A stretch of DNA of 62,710 nt, from the NCBI GenBank assembly GCA_019358915.1, contig JAHHIM010000027.1, positions 1-62,710 on the forward strand, in the 5' to 3' direction. Positions within the stretch are counted from its first letter, which is position 1. Every line of letters begins with the position of its first letter. This document shows, one piece after another, positions 10,703 through 21,051 of the stretch. A program made the position numbers and the translations under genes. Below the pieces are notes generated by a model. It was not told the origin of the DNA, did no database searches, and saw only the letters and a program-made list of their open reading frames with translations. The DNA comes from Trichormus sp. ATA11-4-KO1. Lineage in GTDB: Bacteria; Cyanobacteriota; Cyanobacteriia; Cyanobacteriales; Nostocaceae.

Positions 10703-13684
10703 GTGGTATTACAAGTACAAAGCAGCACCTACGAAGCTAAAACTCAGGAAATTGCTAAACAGCTTCTTGCTGCAACTAAGGAAAATCGTTCGTTTTTAGG
10801 TTCTCTGCGCGATCAGATGCGCTGGGATGATAAATTACTCGCTTGGGCGATGAGTAACCCAGGGTTGCGGGTGCAATTATTTCGTTTTATAGATACATTA
10901 CCCGCCTTGCAACATAAAGCGGAAATTGCTAGGCATTTACAAGAATATTTAGGAGATGAATCTGTAGAATTACCCGCAGCTTTAAAGGGGATGCTTAACT
11001 TTGCGAACCCTGATTCTATGCCGGGACAAGTGGCGGCGACTACTGTTTCTACAGCCGTGGAAACTTTGGCACATAAATATATTTCTGGGGAAAATATTAA
11101 ACAAGTTATTAAAACAGTTGAACGACTGCGAAAGGAAAAAATGGCTTTCACCATTGATTTACTTGGTGAGGCGGTAATTACGGAAGCGGAGGCGCAGTCT
11201 TATCTAGAACGCTATCTAGAATTAATGCAACAATTGGTAGAAGCGTCGCAGAATTGGGGTGTAATTCCGGCTATTGATGAAGCTGATGGCGAAACGCTAC
11301 CAAAAGTCCAAGTTTCTGTGAAGTTAACGGCGTTTTATTCGCAATTTGACCCTTTAGATGCTAAGGGTAGTGAGGAACGAGTAAGTGATCGCATTCGGAT
11401 TTTATTACGTCGGGCGAAAGAGTTGGGCGCATCTGTCCATTTTGATATGGAACAGTATGCTTATAAAGATTTAACTCTCAATATTTTGCAAAAGTTGTTA
11501 CTGGAAGAAGAATTTCGCCAACGTACAGATGTTGGGATGACAATTCAAGCATATCTGCGTGACAGTGAGGAGGATGCTAAAAAGTTAATTTCTTGGTTAA
11601 AACAGCGTGGTTATCCTTTGACAATTCGTTTAGTGAAGGGCGCTTATTGGGATCAGGAAACGATTAAAGCGGAACAGAAACATTGGCCACAGCCAGTTTA
11701 TCACGATAAGGTGGCAACTGATGCCAATTTTGAAGCTATCACTCAATTGTTGTTGGAAAATTACCAATATGTGTATGCTGCTATTGGTAGTCATAATGTG
11801 CGATCGCAAGCACGAGCTATAGCTATAGCTGAAAGTTTAAATGTCCCTCGCCGTTGCTTTGAAATGCAGGTGTTGTATGGGATGGGGGATAAGTTGGCTA
11901 AGGCTTTGGTGGATAAGGGTTATCGGGTGAGGGTTTATTGTCCCTATGGTGAATTGTTACCAGGGATGGCTTATCTGATTCGGCGGTTGTTGGAAAATAC
12001 AGCTAATAGTTCGTTTTTACGGCAAAATTTGGAGGATAGACCGATTGAGGAGTTGTTGGCGGCTCCGATTGGGGATTTGTCTCACGCAAAGGCGCAAAGT
12101 CGCAAAGATGAGGAGGGGTTTACTGGGGTTGCGGATACGGATTATGCGGAAGCAGAGGCAAGAAATATGTCTACTCAAGCTTTTCAAGAGGTGCGGCGTC
12201 AACTGGGTAGGACTTATCTACCGTTGATTAATGGGGAGTATGTTGATACTTCTGAGTTTGTTGATTCGCTGAATCCTTCTAATTTTAGTGAGGTGGTTGG
12301 TAGGGTTGGTTTGATTAGTGTGGCACAGGCGGAGCAGGCGATGCGAGCGGCTAAGGCGGCGTTTCCTGGTTGGCGCAAAACACCTGTGCAGCAACGGGCT
12401 GGGGTGTTGCGAAAGGCGGCTGATTTGATGGAAGCACGTCGGGCTGAACTTTCGGCTTGGATTGTTTTGGAGGTGGGGAAACCTGTTAAGGAGGCGGATG
12501 CGGAGGTTTCTGAGGCGATAGATTTCTGTCGCTATTATGCTGAGGAAATGGAACGGCTGGATAAAGGTGTTAATTATGACGTTGCGGGTGAAAATAATCG
12601 TTATATTTACCAGCCTAGGGGAATTGCTGTAGTGATTTCTCCTTGGAATTTCCCGTTGGCGATCGCTTGTGGTATGACTGTTGCTGCTTTGGTTGCGGGT
12701 AATTGTACTCTTCTGAAACCTGCGGAAACATCTTCGGTAATTACGGCGAAACTAACGGAAATTTTAATTGAGGCTGGCATTCCTAAAGGTGTTTTTCAAT
12801 ACGTACCCGGTAAGGGTTCCCAAGTAGGTGCTTATTTGGTAAATCATCCTGATACTCACATTATTGCTTTTACTGGTTCTCAAGAAGTTGGTTGTCAGAT
12901 TTATGCAGAAGCCGCAACCCTGAAGCCAGGACAAAAGCATCTTAAGCGGGTAATTGCGGAAATGGGCGGTAAAAATGCCATTATTGTGGATGAAAGTGCT
13001 GATTTAGACCAAGCTGTTGTCGGGGTGGTACAGTCCGCATTTGGTTACAGTGGACAAAAATGTTCTGCTTGTTCGCGGGTGATTGTGCTGCAACCAATTT
13101 ATGATGCCTTTGTCCGGCGGTTGGTGGAGGCGACGAAATCCTTAAATATTGGTGAGGCTGAGTTACCTAGTACCCAAGTTGGCCCGGTGATTGATGCTAA
13201 GTCCCGCGATCGCATCCGTGAGTATATTGAGAAGGGTAAAGCACAAGCACAGGTAGCTTTGGAATTACCAGCACCAGAACAAGGGTATTTTATCGGCCCA
13301 GTCATTTTTAGTGAAGTAGCACCGGATGCAATAATTGCCCAACAAGAAATTTTTGGGCCTGTGCTGGCGGTAACTAAAGTGAAAGATTTTGCGGAAGCTT
13401 TAACCGTCGCTAATGGTACTAACTATGCTTTGACTGGGGGACTTTATTCTCGCACACCTTCCCACATTCAGCAGGCACAGGAAGATTTTGAAATCGGGAA
13501 TTTGTACATTAATCGCACTATCACAGGTGCTATAGTTGCACGGCAACCCTTTGGAGGATTCAAACTTTCTGGTGTGGGTTCTAAAGCCGGAGGTCCTGAT
13601 TATCTCCTACAATTTTTGGAACCGCGTACAATCACCGAAAATATTCAGCGCCAAGGTTTTGCACCAATTGAAGGCGCAGAATAA
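10703..13684 (+). CDS. putA: Bifunctional proline dehydrogenase / glutamate-5-semialdehyde dehydrogenase
   Basis: RLVKGAYWD, YLIRRLLEN, ISPWNFP, FTGS, EMGGKN, GQKCSAC, EIFGP. Confidence 0.96.
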   Translation: MVLQVQSSTYEAKTQEIAKQLLAATKENRSFLGSLRDQMRWDDKLLAWAMSNPGLRVQLFRFIDTLPALQHKAEIARHLQEYLGDESVELPAALKGMLNFANPDSMPGQVAATTVSTAVETLAHKYISGENIKQVIKTVERLRKEKMAFTIDLLGEAVITEAEAQSYLERYLELMQQLVEASQNWGVIPAIDEADGETLPKVQVSVKLTAFYSQFDPLDAKGSEERVSDRIRILLRRAKELGASVHFDMEQYAYKDLTLNILQKLLLEEEFRQRTDVGMTIQAYLRDSEEDAKKLISWLKQRGYPLTIRLVKGAYWDQETIKAEQKHWPQPVYHDKVATDANFEAITQLLLENYQYVYAAIGSHNVRSQARAIAIAESLNVPRRCFEMQVLYGMGDKLAKALVDKGYRVRVYCPYGELLPGMAYLIRRLLENTANSSFLRQNLEDRPIEELLAAPIGDLSHAKAQSRKDEEGFTGVADTDYAEAEARNMSTQAFQEVRRQLGRTYLPLINGEYVDTSEFVDSLNPSNFSEVVGRVGLISVAQAEQAMRAAKAAFPGWRKTPVQQRAGVLRKAADLMEARRAELSAWIVLEVGKPVKEADAEVSEAIDFCRYYAEEMERLDKGVNYDVAGENNRYIYQPRGIAVVISPWNFPLAIACGMTVAALVAGNCTLLKPAETSSVITAKLTEILIEAGIPKGVFQYVPGKGSQVGAYLVNHPDTHIIAFTGSQEVGCQIYAEAATLKPGQKHLKRVIAEMGGKNAIIVDESADLDQAVVGVVQSAFGYSGQKCSACSRVIVLQPIYDAFVRRLVEATKSLNIGEAELPSTQVGPVIDAKSRDRIREYIEKGKAQAQVALELPAPEQGYFIGPVIFSEVAPDAIIAQQEIFGPVLAVTKVKDFAEALTVANGTNYALTGGLYSRTPSHIQQAQEDFEIGNLYINRTITGAIVARQPFGGFKLSGVGSKAGGPDYLLQFLEPRTITENIQRQGFAPIEGAE
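12080..12107 (+). repeat. CGCAAAG-type short repeat embedded in-frame in putA
   Basis: TCTCACGCAAAGGCGCAAAGTCGCAAAG; a near-identical intergenic copy is at 34346-34373 (minus). Confidence 0.8.
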
Positions 13685-13820
13685 AAAATATCGGCGTTGC
13701 TGAACATAGAATGAATTGGCATAAGCAGGGGAGATAGGAGGAGAAATTTTAGGCGTTGCTAAATTATCCTACTGGTGTGTCTAGTCTAAAATGTGGGTGG
13801 CATAAATTAGTTGGAAGTCC

Positions 13821-14534
13821 CTAAATAGTAGCAGAACGAGCTTCATCGACTTTGAGGGTCGTTCCTGTAATAAACTTGGCATCATCAGAAATCAGAAAAG
13901 CCACTGTTTTCGCTAACTCAGTGTAAGTTGCAGGGCGACCCCACATCAAATCAGCAGGAACGTTCCATCCTGCTAACTCTTCCATCCTATCTGCCACAAA
14001 AAAGGGAGCGACTGAATTCATGCGAATGCCATCTGCTCTGTAACGCTTGGCGTATAATTTTGTGAATCCTTCCATTGCAGCACGGAGGGTGCCGCTAAAT
14101 GGAGTTCCTAACTCCGGTTCATGGGAATCACAAGCGGAAATATTGACGATCGCACCACCTCCACCTTGCCGCATCGGTTCTGTGACCAGTCTTACTATGC
14201 GAACAACACTCAGAAATAACATTTCAAAATTCTCCATCCATATTGCATCAGAAATAGAAAGCAAATCAGGACGGGGAGGATCGCCAAAACTATTCACCAC
14301 TGCATCGATACGCCCAAAATTCTCCAGTGTTGTCTCAACCAAATTCTCCAAATCATGAGAACTTGTCATTGATCCCTGAATAGCAATTCCACTTAACTCG
14401 TCTGCTAAATCCATCACTTCAGGAGAACGCGCAATCAGTGCAACTCTATAGCCTTGTGTTGCTAACTCTCGCGCACAACCTGCCCCAATTCCCCGACTGG
14501 CAGCTGTGATAATTGCCACCTTTTGTAAATTCAT
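13821..14534 (-). CDS. SDR family oxidoreductase (atypical)
   Basis: ITAASRGIG, FITGTTLKVD. Lacks canonical YxxxK (SGTLR). Confidence 0.85.
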   Translation of the reverse strand: MNLQKVAIITAASRGIGAGCARELATQGYRVALIARSPEVMDLADELSGIAIQGSMTSSHDLENLVETTLENFGRIDAVVNSFGDPPRPDLLSISDAIWMENFEMLFLSVVRIVRLVTEPMRQGGGGAIVNISACDSHEPELGTPFSGTLRAAMEGFTKLYAKRYRADGIRMNSVAPFFVADRMEELAGWNVPADLMWGRPATYTELAKTVAFLISDDAKFITGTTLKVDEARSATI

Positions 14535-15316
14535 ATTGCTAATGCGCGCTTTTCCAAGTGTAATGCAACGCGATCGCCTGGAGTTGGTTCAATTACCTGC
14601 GTCGCCAAATTATTCTGCTTGAGCAACGAACGGAACTCCTCAAGAGTGCCTTCCGCCTTCTGTAATTTGCCCAGCAAACCTTCAAACTCCACATCTCCAC
14701 CAGCCGTTGTGGGTAGCATTACTTGTGGTTGCAACCACTGTGCCACTTCTAAAGCTTTATTTCTGCCTTTAATAAAAGGTCCCACTATTGGCAACGTGAG
14801 GTCAATAATTGGCACAATTAACACATCAATCGGTGCAAACTGTTTAATTTCTGGAGAATGATTTCCGTGAGGCTCGTAGTAAACAGTTAAACCACTTGCC
14901 AACTCTGTAATCAAATAGCCATTTTCTACAAGATTGTATCCCACTGTAGAACCACGGACAGCTTTGATTTCCAACTGATTATTTAAAGTAAAAGTTTCAC
15001 CAAAGGCCAGAGATGTGATAGACGTGTAACCCAATTCTTGCACTACTGTTGCCGCTTTGGGAGAAGCTACAACCTGAATTTGGTGGTCAAGCTGCTCTAA
15101 TGTTGGTTTGTGAGCATGGTCTGGTAATCCCTGAGACAGCAAAATTAAATCAATCTTCTCTGGTATGGAGATATCTTTTGACCGGAAGCCTTTGAAAAAC
15201 CATTCTGCGTCGCCAAAAACTAAGGAACCAACCAGCCAAGGGTCAAGTAGTATCCGTTGATTGCCGATTTCCAGTAGCCAACTATTTGCACTAAACCAAG
15301 TTAAGTACATAGCCAA
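14531..15316 (-). CDS. MBL-fold metallo-hydrolase
   Basis: ILLDPWL, SQGLPDHAH, YYEPHG. Confidence 0.85.
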   Translation of the reverse strand: MAMYLTWFSANSWLLEIGNQRILLDPWLVGSLVFGDAEWFFKGFRSKDISIPEKIDLILLSQGLPDHAHKPTLEQLDHQIQVVASPKAATVVQELGYTSITSLAFGETFTLNNQLEIKAVRGSTVGYNLVENGYLITELASGLTVYYEPHGNHSPEIKQFAPIDVLIVPIIDLTLPIVGPFIKGRNKALEVAQWLQPQVMLPTTAGGDVEFEGLLGKLQKAEGTLEEFRSLLKQNNLATQVIEPTPGDRVALHLEKRALAI

Positions 15317-15447
15317 ATTAAAAATAACATCTGCCTTTATTATTAATCATTGTTGAGACTACGTTCTCAACATCGAGGAAACTAGTACCCCTATTCCGTG
15401 GTAGATGTCACTATTTACATAATTTATTTAAGTCATGGTGTGTAAAT

Positions 15448-16287
15448 TTAAGAATTTACAATGGCTGTAAAACCTTTAGTCATTAATAGTTGGTCTAGCC
15501 CATCTACTAATCTATTAACATATGCTATAATGTACAAATTTCTACCAGCAAATAGGGCAAAAAATAGATTGTTTACTGTATCTTCCATATTTGTTGGAAG
15601 TTCAGAACAAAGTTTTTTAGTTAGTTGTAACAATCGCTTCTCACCGGGGTGAGGAGTTTGGTTGACAGCAAAAATAATGTCGAAATAGCTAGCAATCAGT
15701 GCAGCAGTTCGATGATTTAAACTAACTAAATCATTGCGTTGTATAGCTAATTCCATTTGATGAGCATAGGAAGAAAAGTTCTTTCGCAAGATGGGATAAT
15801 TCTTGGCAATAATTGCCTCCACTAAAGGTTGCGGATAAGGTTGCTTGGCTTGTTGCTGAAGTTGCTGAAACCAGCCATCAGGATCATACAGTGGTAGCGA
15901 GTGGCAAACATTGAACCAGAAGCAGGTGGAATATCCAATTGATGCCTGATGGTGAATGAGAATACGATCTAGTTGGTTTTTACTCCAATCGGTCATGCGA
16001 TACATGATATCCACCCTCCGTCCTGAATCGCGATCTACCCATTCATCCCCAGGTTCCCAAAACTGGTTGTTTATTTCCACTCGGTCAGCAAACTTTTGGG
16101 CGATCGCTTCCCGGATCTCTAACGTAATCTCCTCGCTCACATAAACGTAGAAATCTAAATCGGATGCAGGATCAGCCGCTTGGTTAGTTTGCGAACCTGC
16201 CAAAACCACTGCAACAACTTGGGGCAAGTATTTAAATTCTGCTGTAATCTGCTCAGCTAAGGAGAGAACATTGAAATTAAACATCAC
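15448..16287 (-). CDS. Nucleotidyltransferase-fold protein (DUF4037-like)
   Basis: LAGS..D..SDLD motif, HPGEKRL. Confidence 0.75.
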   Translation of the reverse strand: MMFNFNVLSLAEQITAEFKYLPQVVAVVLAGSQTNQAADPASDLDFYVYVSEEITLEIREAIAQKFADRVEINNQFWEPGDEWVDRDSGRRVDIMYRMTDWSKNQLDRILIHHQASIGYSTCFWFNVCHSLPLYDPDGWFQQLQQQAKQPYPQPLVEAIIAKNYPILRKNFSSYAHQMELAIQRNDLVSLNHRTAALIASYFDIIFAVNQTPHPGEKRLLQLTKKLCSELPTNMEDTVNNLFFALFAGRNLYIIAYVNRLVDGLDQLLMTKGFTAIVNS

Positions 16288-16387
16288 AACTCCTCACAAT
16301 TAGTATTGTCGTAGTATACAAACCTTCGTCTTAAAATCGGCAATGCCAGAAATTTGATACTATTCTAAAATTAAGTTGGGATATGGT

Positions 16388-16618
16388 ATGAATTCTCAGA
16401 CAAGTGACAACATGATTAAACTCGACCAGTTTTTGAAGTTTGTAGGTATAACCTCAACAGGAGGACAAGCCAAACTGATGATTCTTGATGGCAATGTCAA
16501 AGTCAATGGCACAGTTGAAACCCGACGAGGACGCAAATTAGTATCAGGCGACCAAGTAACAATAGAAGGGCGAACTTTTGACGTTGGGGAAATACTAGAA
16601 TCAGGGACTTCCAAATAA
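16388..16618 (+). CDS. S4 RNA-binding domain protein (YaaA/YbcJ-like)
   Basis: IKLDQFLK..TGGQAK..VNG..ETRRGRKL. Start uncertain. Confidence 0.88.
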   Translation: MNSQTSDNMIKLDQFLKFVGITSTGGQAKLMILDGNVKVNGTVETRRGRKLVSGDQVTIEGRTFDVGEILESGTSK

Positions 16619-16771
16619 CGTGGTACATGATTTCACAAGTTCGTAGCGAAAAAAATTGCCTTGATTAAACCTTGGCGTTACTCTGCGCTAACCTTTGCGC
16701 ACGACAGTCGCTACAAGTCGGCAAAGCCGCAGGGCGTGCTGTCTCTCCTTTGCGTTTAAATTTCCACAATC

Positions 16772-17779
16772 CTAACTAACAGCCGCTTCTAACAACCGTA
16801 TTGTCCCAGCGTCAGCATCAATTTCCACTTCTGCACCAATGGGTAAAGTGAATTTATCTTTAATATGACCAATCATCGAACCGTACCAAGCAGGAATACC
16901 TAAAGGAAGGATGTGATCTTTTAATACTTGCGTTAAAGCAAACGATGGTTCATCCCCAAGACTGCAATTAGTGCATTGCCCAAATATCAACCCAGAAAGT
17001 TGGTTAAGTATGCCAGCGTTTTTTAACTGGGTAAACATGCGGTCTACCCGATACACATCTTCGTTGATATCTTCGATAAACAAAATACTTTTATACCACG
17101 AAGGCAGGTAAGGTGAACCCACCATTGCGGATAACACTGATAAATTACCACCAATAAGTTTACCCCTGGACTTTCCTGGTGCGATCGCCTCACTAGTAGC
17201 GAAATTTTCCATTGTCACTGCTTCCGCATTAAATAAAATGCGCTTAACGTAATCTACCGTAAACTCATTCCAAACAGATGTGGCATTTGGTCCATGAAAG
17301 GTCATGACTCGACTCCGGGCATAAATTGCCAATACCAGAGAAGTGATATCACTATACCCCATGAGAATTTTCGGATGAGAACGGATTAGGCTGTAGTCAA
17401 GTAAAGGTAAAATCCGATTACAGCCCCAACCGCCACGCATAGTCATAATTGCTTTAACAGACTTATCAAGAAACATAGCATTCACATCTTGAGCGCGGTC
17501 AGCATCTGTACCCGCTAAATAGCCGTAACGGTCTAAAATATGCGCTCCAACTTTGACTTTTAATCCCAATTCTGCAATGGCCTTTTTTGCTGCTGCAATA
17601 TCTTCCGCATTCACAACACCTGCGGGAGCAATCAATCCTACTGTGTCCCCCACTTGCAAGCGGGGTGGTTTGAGAATGGTATTTGGAGATACTTGACCTT
17701 GGACAATTACTGGTGGGATTTGGGTGGCTAAAGTAGCCAATCCACAGGTTGTGAGAAATTGTCGGCGCTTGATGCTCAT
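16772..17779 (-). CDS. LD-carboxypeptidase (S66) with Tat-type signal
   Basis: KRRQFL, RGGWG, GYSDIT, GGNL, IGH. Confidence 0.92.
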   Translation of the reverse strand: MSIKRRQFLTTCGLATLATQIPPVIVQGQVSPNTILKPPRLQVGDTVGLIAPAGVVNAEDIAAAKKAIAELGLKVKVGAHILDRYGYLAGTDADRAQDVNAMFLDKSVKAIMTMRGGWGCNRILPLLDYSLIRSHPKILMGYSDITSLVLAIYARSRVMTFHGPNATSVWNEFTVDYVKRILFNAEAVTMENFATSEAIAPGKSRGKLIGGNLSVLSAMVGSPYLPSWYKSILFIEDINEDVYRVDRMFTQLKNAGILNQLSGLIFGQCTNCSLGDEPSFALTQVLKDHILPLGIPAWYGSMIGHIKDKFTLPIGAEVEIDADAGTIRLLEAAVS

Positions 17780-17843
17780 TTTTGAAAGTGCTGAGTAAGG
17801 ACTTACATTTATCCCCAGTTTTCCCTTCCTACTACCTCAAAAA

Positions 17844-18230
17844 TTAAGCACGCAGTTGCTCCACCATCTTTGCTGGATTCCAGTAAGCGCGAGTTGATTG
17901 AATCTTGCAAACTTCGTTAATCTCAAAAATAGTGATTCCTTCAAAGGTAACTGACTTGCCACTCTTACTGATACCTTGCATCGTCCACTTTACTGCCGCT
18001 TCATTGCCAGCAACGAAGGTATGCTCGGTTATTGGTTCTAACTTGTCAAAGAATGCTTGTAATTGCCCAATAAACTCGCGATATCCTTCATGGACTTTTA
18101 CTGGTGGTTCACCAACCGGATCATGACTAACAGCATCTTCAGCAAAGTTCTCTACCCAGCCTTCTGGATTCATGGCTGCAATGTTGGCAAAGTAGGCAGA
18201 TACAATTGTTTCAATGGCTTCGTGTGACAT
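17844..18230 (-). CDS. NTF2/SnoaL-like (ketosteroid isomerase-like) protein
   Basis: FAEDAVSHDPVG..FEGI..RAYW. Confidence 0.85.
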   Translation of the reverse strand: MSHEAIETIVSAYFANIAAMNPEGWVENFAEDAVSHDPVGEPPVKVHEGYREFIGQLQAFFDKLEPITEHTFVAGNEAAVKWTMQGISKSGKSVTFEGITIFEINEVCKIQSTRAYWNPAKMVEQLRA

Positions 18231-18399
18231 GATGCAATTTTCTCAATGATTGGTCACAAACGGTTTTTAATTATACAGCCTATTAACGCACTTATACTAA
18301 CTTTGCCAAACAGTACCAAGTGCTACAACTGAACACTACTAAAAGACGAAAAGTTAGCCCATCGTTAGAATGTGACCAGTGTAGTGTTAGGAGAAAAAC

Positions 18400-18789
18400 G
18401 TGAAAAAAGCGATTATTGCTAAAATACTTATCCCATCACTCAGTTGGTTAACTATATTTGTCCCTAGTCAAGCTTCTGCTCAACTTTTACCACAACCTTG
18501 GGTTTCAGTTGGTGGAAAAGATGGCGAAGTTACCTATGCTGTGGGAGCTAGAGCTTTAGATTTTGGGGTTGAGGTAGGAAGAGGCCCTGACGGTGCTACT
18601 GGAGCAGATATTTTAAAATTTCTGAGTTTGCCAGTGATTTCACCTTATGTAGGAGTTGGATTGTATTCAGAAGATAAAGGTGTCGCTTTTTCCGGTGGTG
18701 TGCAGGTAGGTGCTACCGACAATGTTTTTGTAGGCGCTGGTTACAATTCCGTGAGAGGATTCAACGGACAGTTAGGAATAAGATTTTAA
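18400..18789 (+). CDS. Small exported beta-barrel-like protein
   Basis: Signal peptide, Gly-rich amphipathic strands, PYVGVG, C-terminal Phe. AGGAG RBS. Confidence 0.7.
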   Translation: MKKAIIAKILIPSLSWLTIFVPSQASAQLLPQPWVSVGGKDGEVTYAVGARALDFGVEVGRGPDGATGADILKFLSLPVISPYVGVGLYSEDKGVAFSGGVQVGATDNVFVGAGYNSVRGFNGQLGIRF

Positions 18790-18943
18790 TGTTTCTATTT
18801 TAGTTATTAAGCTCACAGTTAATTAATACCTCAGTTAGCCTAACAAAGGGATAAACTGAGGTATTTTGCTTTTTGAGCTAAATACTGGAGTTGCTCTCCC
18901 ACAACAGCGTAAAATCGCAATTAGTAATTGAGGTGTAGTCAGC

Positions 18944-19696
18944 ATGAGTACAATGTCGGGAAAAGTAGCAATTGTCACAGGTGGTAGTTCGGGAATTGGA
19001 CGTGCTACTGCGATCGCTTTTGCTAAAGCTGGGGCAAAGGTTGTGGTTGCAGCTAGACGTGAGCCAGAAGGAGAAGAAACAGTACATCTGCTTAGGGAAG
19101 CTGGTGGTGAAGGGCTGTTTGTGAAAACCGATGTCACTCAATCAGCCGACATTGAAGTACTAATCCAAAAAGCAGTTACCACCTTTGGACGTTTGGATTG
19201 TGCTTTCAACAACGCAGGTTCAGGTAAGGCAGGGAAAATTGTTGATTTAACAGCAGCAGATTGGGATTACGAGATTAATGTTAATCTCAAGTCGATTTGG
19301 CTGTGTATGAAACATGAAATTCCCGCTATGCAAAAATCAGGTGGCGGTGCCATCGTGAATATGTCTTCTCAAGGAGCTTTGATTGGTATTGCCGGCTATG
19401 GAGCTTATGGAGCAGCTAAGGCTGGTGTGATTGCTTTAACTCGTGCAGCTGCTGCTGAATATTCATCTGAGCAAATTCGGATTAATTCTGTGAGTCCTGG
19501 CGCGATCAAAACTGACTTGTGGGCAGGTGCGCCACCAGAAATGCTAGAGCAGGTAGCCGCAGGTATCCCCCTCAAGCGGATTGGTGAACCTGATGATATT
19601 GCATCAGCAGTGGTTTGGCTATGTTCAGATGGGGCAGCATTTGTCACCGGACATAACCTAGTTATCGATGGGGGATTTACATCTGTGCAGAAATAG
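18944..19696 (+). CDS. SDR family oxidoreductase
   Basis: TGGSSGIG, NNAG, YGAAK, IDGG. Confidence 0.93.
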   Translation: MSTMSGKVAIVTGGSSGIGRATAIAFAKAGAKVVVAARREPEGEETVHLLREAGGEGLFVKTDVTQSADIEVLIQKAVTTFGRLDCAFNNAGSGKAGKIVDLTAADWDYEINVNLKSIWLCMKHEIPAMQKSGGGAIVNMSSQGALIGIAGYGAYGAAKAGVIALTRAAAAEYSSEQIRINSVSPGAIKTDLWAGAPPEMLEQVAAGIPLKRIGEPDDIASAVVWLCSDGAAFVTGHNLVIDGGFTSVQK

Positions 19697-19738
19697 TCTG
19701 ATACTTCGTGAGACACTACCAGGGAAAAAGCATCATCC

Positions 19739-20359
19739 ATGATGGAGACGCCCGAATCAAAGGAAACTGGACGGATAGAAGCATTTAGCGATGGCGTCTT
19801 TGCGATCGCTATTACATTACTAGTTTTGGAAATCAAAGTTCCCAATCACAATACAGTAGAAACTACTGGTTTGGTATCAGCTTTGCTGTCACTATGGCCG
19901 AGCTATCTAGCATTTATCACTAGCTTTGCCACGATTCTTGTAATGTGGGTGAATCATCATCGCATTTTTAGTTTAGTTCGACGCAGTGATGATTCTTTTC
20001 TCTATTGGAACGGACTACTGCTATTGTTTGTGACGTTTGTGCCTTTTCCTACAGCATTACTTGCAGAGTATCTGCTGCATTCTCAAGCAAAGGTAGCGGC
20101 CAGCGTTTATACAGCAACCTTTTTTGCCATAGCACTGGCATACACAGGGTTGTGGAAACATGCATCACAAGGTAGAAGGTTACTGACTCAAGAGGCAAAA
20201 TCCGAACAAACCGAGGCCATCACAAAGCAGTATCGTTTTGGGCCACTGCTATACCTGATTGCTTTTGTACTGTCGTTTATTTCCGTAGGGTTGAGTGTCG
20301 GTCTGTGCATTGTTCTGGCTGTATTCTTTGCGTTCCGGAGCTTCTCATTCAAGCTCTAA
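19739..20359 (+). CDS. TMEM175 family (DUF1211) potassium-channel-like protein
   Basis: RIEAFSDGVFAIAITLLVL, W..HH, multiple TM helices. Confidence 0.92.
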   Translation: MMETPESKETGRIEAFSDGVFAIAITLLVLEIKVPNHNTVETTGLVSALLSLWPSYLAFITSFATILVMWVNHHRIFSLVRRSDDSFLYWNGLLLLFVTFVPFPTALLAEYLLHSQAKVAASVYTATFFAIALAYTGLWKHASQGRRLLTQEAKSEQTEAITKQYRFGPLLYLIAFVLSFISVGLSVGLCIVLAVFFAFRSFSFKL

Positions 20360-20586
20360 GTTCCCTAACTGCGATCGCCAGGACGAAATGTGATTTATAC
20401 TTCTGGAGGAGTAAGATTGCAAACCTGCCAACTAATAAATTTTTAGAAAGTCCCTAGAGGTAAGGTTAAGCATCCTGAGGATAAGTCTGAGTCAATAGCA
20501 TGTATAATTTCTATGTGAAAATTAAACGAGGCGAGATCATGTATATTTCGCAAGTTTAACTTTATTTTTTCAATCTTAAAATAGGC

Positions 20587-20805
20587 GTGAAAGCTATGAT
20601 TTCTCAAGATTACGATGCAATTTCTGCTGTAAATGAACTGTTGAGAAAAATTAGAATTAAAGAAAGTCAATTAAAAATTGCCCAAAAATCTCATATGATT
20701 TATACCTCTGAAGTATTGAAGAATCAAATATTAGAGTTACAACATCAGTTATCAGAGTCACAAGACCCTGAACTCCACGCATTGATGAGTTTGTTGGATG
20801 ATTGA
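20587..20805 (+). CDS. Small helical hypothetical protein
   Basis: 72-aa ORF with coiled-coil-like composition; no family recognised. Confidence 0.55.
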   Translation: MKAMISQDYDAISAVNELLRKIRIKESQLKIAQKSHMIYTSEVLKNQILELQHQLSESQDPELHALMSLLDD

Positions 20806-20919
20806 ATTGTGTAAAAGCAAATTCTCATATAGATATCTGCGTTATTTTTTTTAACTAGTTGTAGAAATTTTATGTCCAACTCCATTTATCTCCTAAATAA
20901 TTACTGTGTTGCCAACACT

Positions 20920-21051
20920 GTCAACATAATTCGTAATTGATAATAGAGCCTACGGATGCCGCCAGGCTGTACGTAGTTACAATCAGTGATAGCTCTGTAC
21001 CCTCTTTAATTACGAATTACGAATTACGAATTACGAATTAGTAATTATTTG
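20920..21051. mobile_element. 132-bp mini-element, copy 1, inserted at GTCA in the GST 3' end
   Basis: Same ends as 29570-29697 (GTCAACATAATTCGTAATTGATAAT...GAATTAGTAATTATTTG|GTCA). Contains an AATTACG heptamer array. Confidence 0.8.

Noticed and set aside
19405..19845. Antisense ORFs over SDR, putA, ileS, atpD and others
   Set aside because: Shadow frames of well-supported genes.
20920..21051. Possible CRISPR array from AATTACG repeats (also 27355-27382, 42612-42644)
   Set aside because: Contiguous 7-mers without spacers and no cas genes; these are STRR-type repeats.
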